A DNA stretch of 64,000 nucleotides from Podarcis erhardii (lineage: Eukaryota): the NCBI GenBank assembly GCA_964252035.1, contig OZ176206.1; one strand, written 5' to 3'. Each line of letters begins with the position of its first letter. Position 1 is the first letter of the stretch. The position numbers were made by a program, and so were the translations under genes. The notes under the pieces are model-generated. The model saw only the letters and a list, made by a program, of their open reading frames with translations. It did no database searches and was not told the DNA's origin. This document shows, piece by piece, positions 61,042 to 64,000 of the stretch.

Positions 61042-61159
61042 TATCATATCCCCAACCCCTGTCTTGTTTCCTCCAGGTTAAACATACCCAACTCTTCAAG
61101 CCAGGTGTCCCCTATCCTATATTTAAAAATGGGAAGCATAATGCTGGTGGTCAACAAAA

Positions 61160-61498
61160 GAGGTTAAAAGACTGTCTCAAGGCAAATCTTAAAAAATGTA
61201 GTATAAACACTGACAACTGGGAAACCCTGGCCTGCGAGTGCTCTAAATGGAGAGCAGCCTTTCCCAAAGGTGTCATGGGCTTTGAAGACGCTCGAACTCA
61301 GGACACAAGGGGCACTAAAAGGAAGGCATGCTTGGCAAATCCACACCGTGATCAACTCCCGCCCAGAAACCTATGTCCCCGCTGTAGAAGGACGTGTGGT
61401 TCTAGAATTGGCCTTCACAGTCACTTACAGAATCACTGTTAAGACCGTGTTTATGGAAGACAACCTTACTCGGCTACGAGTGATCGCCAAAGAAGAAG
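61160..61498 (+). mobile_element. RTE-clade LINE 3' fragment
   Basis: Degenerate LKDCLKANLKKCSINTDNWETLACE...C-terminal CP.C.RTCGSRIGLHSHL zinc-finger-like motif, then a (GAA) tail. Confidence 0.75.
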
Positions 61499-64000
61499 AT
61501 TTGCACATCTGATTTCTCCTGCCCAAGCATAAAATGAAAAACCAAAATGGACAGAGATTCATTCATCCCTAATGGCTCCTTCTTGGCTTTGTCTGCCCCC
61601 CTTGCCTTTTGGTACCCTCTAGATGATGCAGAGTACAACACAGGGCACACTGCTTGAAATATACTCGACACTCAGTACATAACACTGCTGCCCCATGGGC
61701 TGAGTATCAGTGGTCTGCGGAGTCATGCAGCATGTCCTACTTTCCCCCTACAATGACCCCCACTCTTTGCGTGCGCGCACACACACAACGCACAAATGCA
61801 TATTGTGGGGTTGTGCCAGCAATTTCCCATCCTTACCTAGCCAGAAGGGCCTCACTCAAGGATAATCTATTCTTTGGGCAGTGCAAGGCCTTCCCTCAAC
61901 TGATGCTTGGCCCACTCTGCTGCCTCTGCCTCCCCTCCAGTCTGCCGCTTTGATGCCCAGGTGCCGAGACCATCTGGCTTCCTGCAGGGCCTGGGCGAAG
62001 TCCAAAGACGGCGTAGCAGCACCAGCACAAATATGACACACTTGGCTGCCATGCGCGAGTGTGAGCAAGAGAATGCAGCGCTTCTGCCCCTTCTTTGCTA
62101 GGCCTGGGCAGCACCCCCTCCCATCAGCATGCCAGCTGGTATCTGTACTGGGGAGGACAGTGGCAGAGGCGGCAGGAGGAGCTGTTTTCATCTCCATTTG
62201 GTGGGCATCGCATCCTCTGACCTGGGAGGGAGGGAGGAAGCCGCAGTCACCTCTGCTGGCTCCGAGGCTGAAGCAGATGGCTATTTTGAGGATCCAGGAG
62301 ACGACAGAGGAGCTGCAGGCGCCAGATGCGCATGGTGCTCTCTCGTGCCCTTCTCAGGTATGGCTGTGGTACAAAGAGGCTGCTCCCAGTGCAGCAAGTC
62401 ACATGCACTTGCAGTTTGTGCCAGCCAAGGCAATTAATTGGCTAGCAGATGGCACAGCTCTTGGCAAAGGGCTCTCTCTGCTGTGAGCGAGGTGCTGGAG
62501 GAAGCCCCTCTCCTTGCTCTCCGCTGGGCGTTTAAAAGTGTGGAGGAGCAGAGGTTGGCCCACAGACACCATGGCCAGCTTTCTCTTTCCCTCTCTGTGC
62601 TGATTTTCAGAGTGGAGCACATAGTGTCATATTAATTTTGGAAAGGCCATTCTGCTCATGTGCAATCAGCCTCACAAATCAGTGGTGCTCAGTGAATGGA
62701 TACGACTGTGTGGAGTTTGGCAGGATAACGCAGAGAAGCTGAAAGATATATTGGGGGTGGGGAGGGAGGCTGCTGTTAGGGATGGGAGAGAAAGTCACAC
62801 TTTTTGAAACAGTACACAAACCAAAACACAGCCCTTTGAAATCCACACTTCTCCGAATTTGGCAATGCAGTTCTCCAGCCAGGTAATGTATACCAATATG
62901 CTTATACTAAGCGAAATAGCTGTGAAAATAGCTTCCTCCTCCCTTTGCAGTGTATATAACAGATGTCCTCAGTATTGCACCTTGCTCCAACATTGCTGTT
63001 TTTTTTTTTTTAAAGTGTTGCAATACTTTTATTGATTTTAACCTTCATTCATTGCCTTATTGAACTTATTTATTTATTTAAAAAGCACAATCAACTTAAA
63101 AAGCATCGCAGAACTGCTTTGGGGATATGGGAATAAAGGAGTGTGTATGACACACAGGATATAAGCAATTGGTGCTGTGCACAGCTGGTTTCTGCAGAAA
63201 TGGTGCAGAACCACTTTCCCTTCCTGAGTTGGACCCTGGAGAGAGAAGAATACCCTCTTCCAACAAAGCACAGTGAGCTCGCTTCTGGAGTGGTGCAGGC
63301 CCACACATATCCTAACTATGTTTGTATGTACATAACGCTGTGAGTGAACTACAGGCTAAAAAGTGACTGGAAATATCTGCACTATTGGAAAACAGCTTCT
63401 TCCAAAGCATAAACCATTTTTTAATTCCTCTTTGAAGCTTGCAAACGTGTCTGTTCCTGTGCCAATCTATGCTGGTCCAAAGAGCTGATTTTACCCTGGC
63501 ACCACTGAGGTTACTATTTGCTGAACTCAGGATAAGCCTGGTCACAAATATTTCCCTGCAATGGATGTCAACCACACCTCCTGCCCTGGTTGCCTTTACA
63601 CCTGCAATCTTTAACACCATTGGAGGCAGGAAAAGGAGAATGTCCCAAGCTCAGCTTGTCCTGGTAGTGCAAAATATTCTCTGTGGTTAAGGATAGGATG
63701 AGCTGCTCTTTTTAGGCAGGGCCAGCAGGGGGAGCTCAAGCACCAGCAAAGAAAGCCTGGAAAATACAGCCATACATTCCTGCTGTGTCCAGGCAATGGG
63801 TTGGAGGGGCAGCTATGGCCCATCACGGCACAACCAACCAAGGGAAGCCTGGCAGCAGTTTGACTCAAACGGAGTCCAGCTTCTCTCTTCTGGTAGAGAT
63901 CCTGCTCCCACCTGTGGTCTTTTCCACTTTGCAATTGGGGTGCACCTTCTCCTGTAATGAGCACCTAGTCTTGTGATGGGGGTGGGGTGGGTGCTGCTGC

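Noticed and set aside
55700-64000. Searched for the 3' exons of ACSF3, the expected next gene by synteny
   Set aside because: No ACSF3-like C-terminal peptide (e.g. PRNQMGK) seen in any frame; it probably lies beyond the window.

Overview
Vertebrate (squamate lizard, probably lacertid, judged from its SINE/MITE repertoire) genomic DNA covering the conserved ANKRD11 - SLC22A31 - CDH15 block (human 16q24.3 synteny, reverse-complemented). I traced three spliced genes exon by exon, with GT-AG boundaries and intact reading phase. (1) The 3' part of ANKRD11 (+): the end of the giant exon plus 4 small exons, stop at 13141, and probably a ~4.2 kb 3' UTR containing a 155-N gap. (2) A complete 9-coding-exon SLC22A31 (+, 1800 nt, 599 aa) starting in a CpG island. 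(3) A complete 14-exon CDH15/M-cadherin (-, 2340 nt, 779 aa) whose poly(A) signal faces that of SLC22A31 across 38 bp. The rest is introns and intergenic DNA rich in SINEs, L2/CR1/RTE/L1 fragments, hAT and Tc1/mariner MITEs and microsatellites. Most short ORFs in the six-frame track are chance or antisense artefacts. I found no convincing new multi-gene system. The most interesting leads are regulatory or isoform-level: back-to-back poly(A) signals, a possible intronic-polyadenylated ANKRD11 isoform, a Pumilio-element cluster, competing inverted repeats around an SLC22A31 exon, and an E-box-rich block upstream of CDH15. Gene identities and repeat families come from recalled sequence knowledge; no database search was run.
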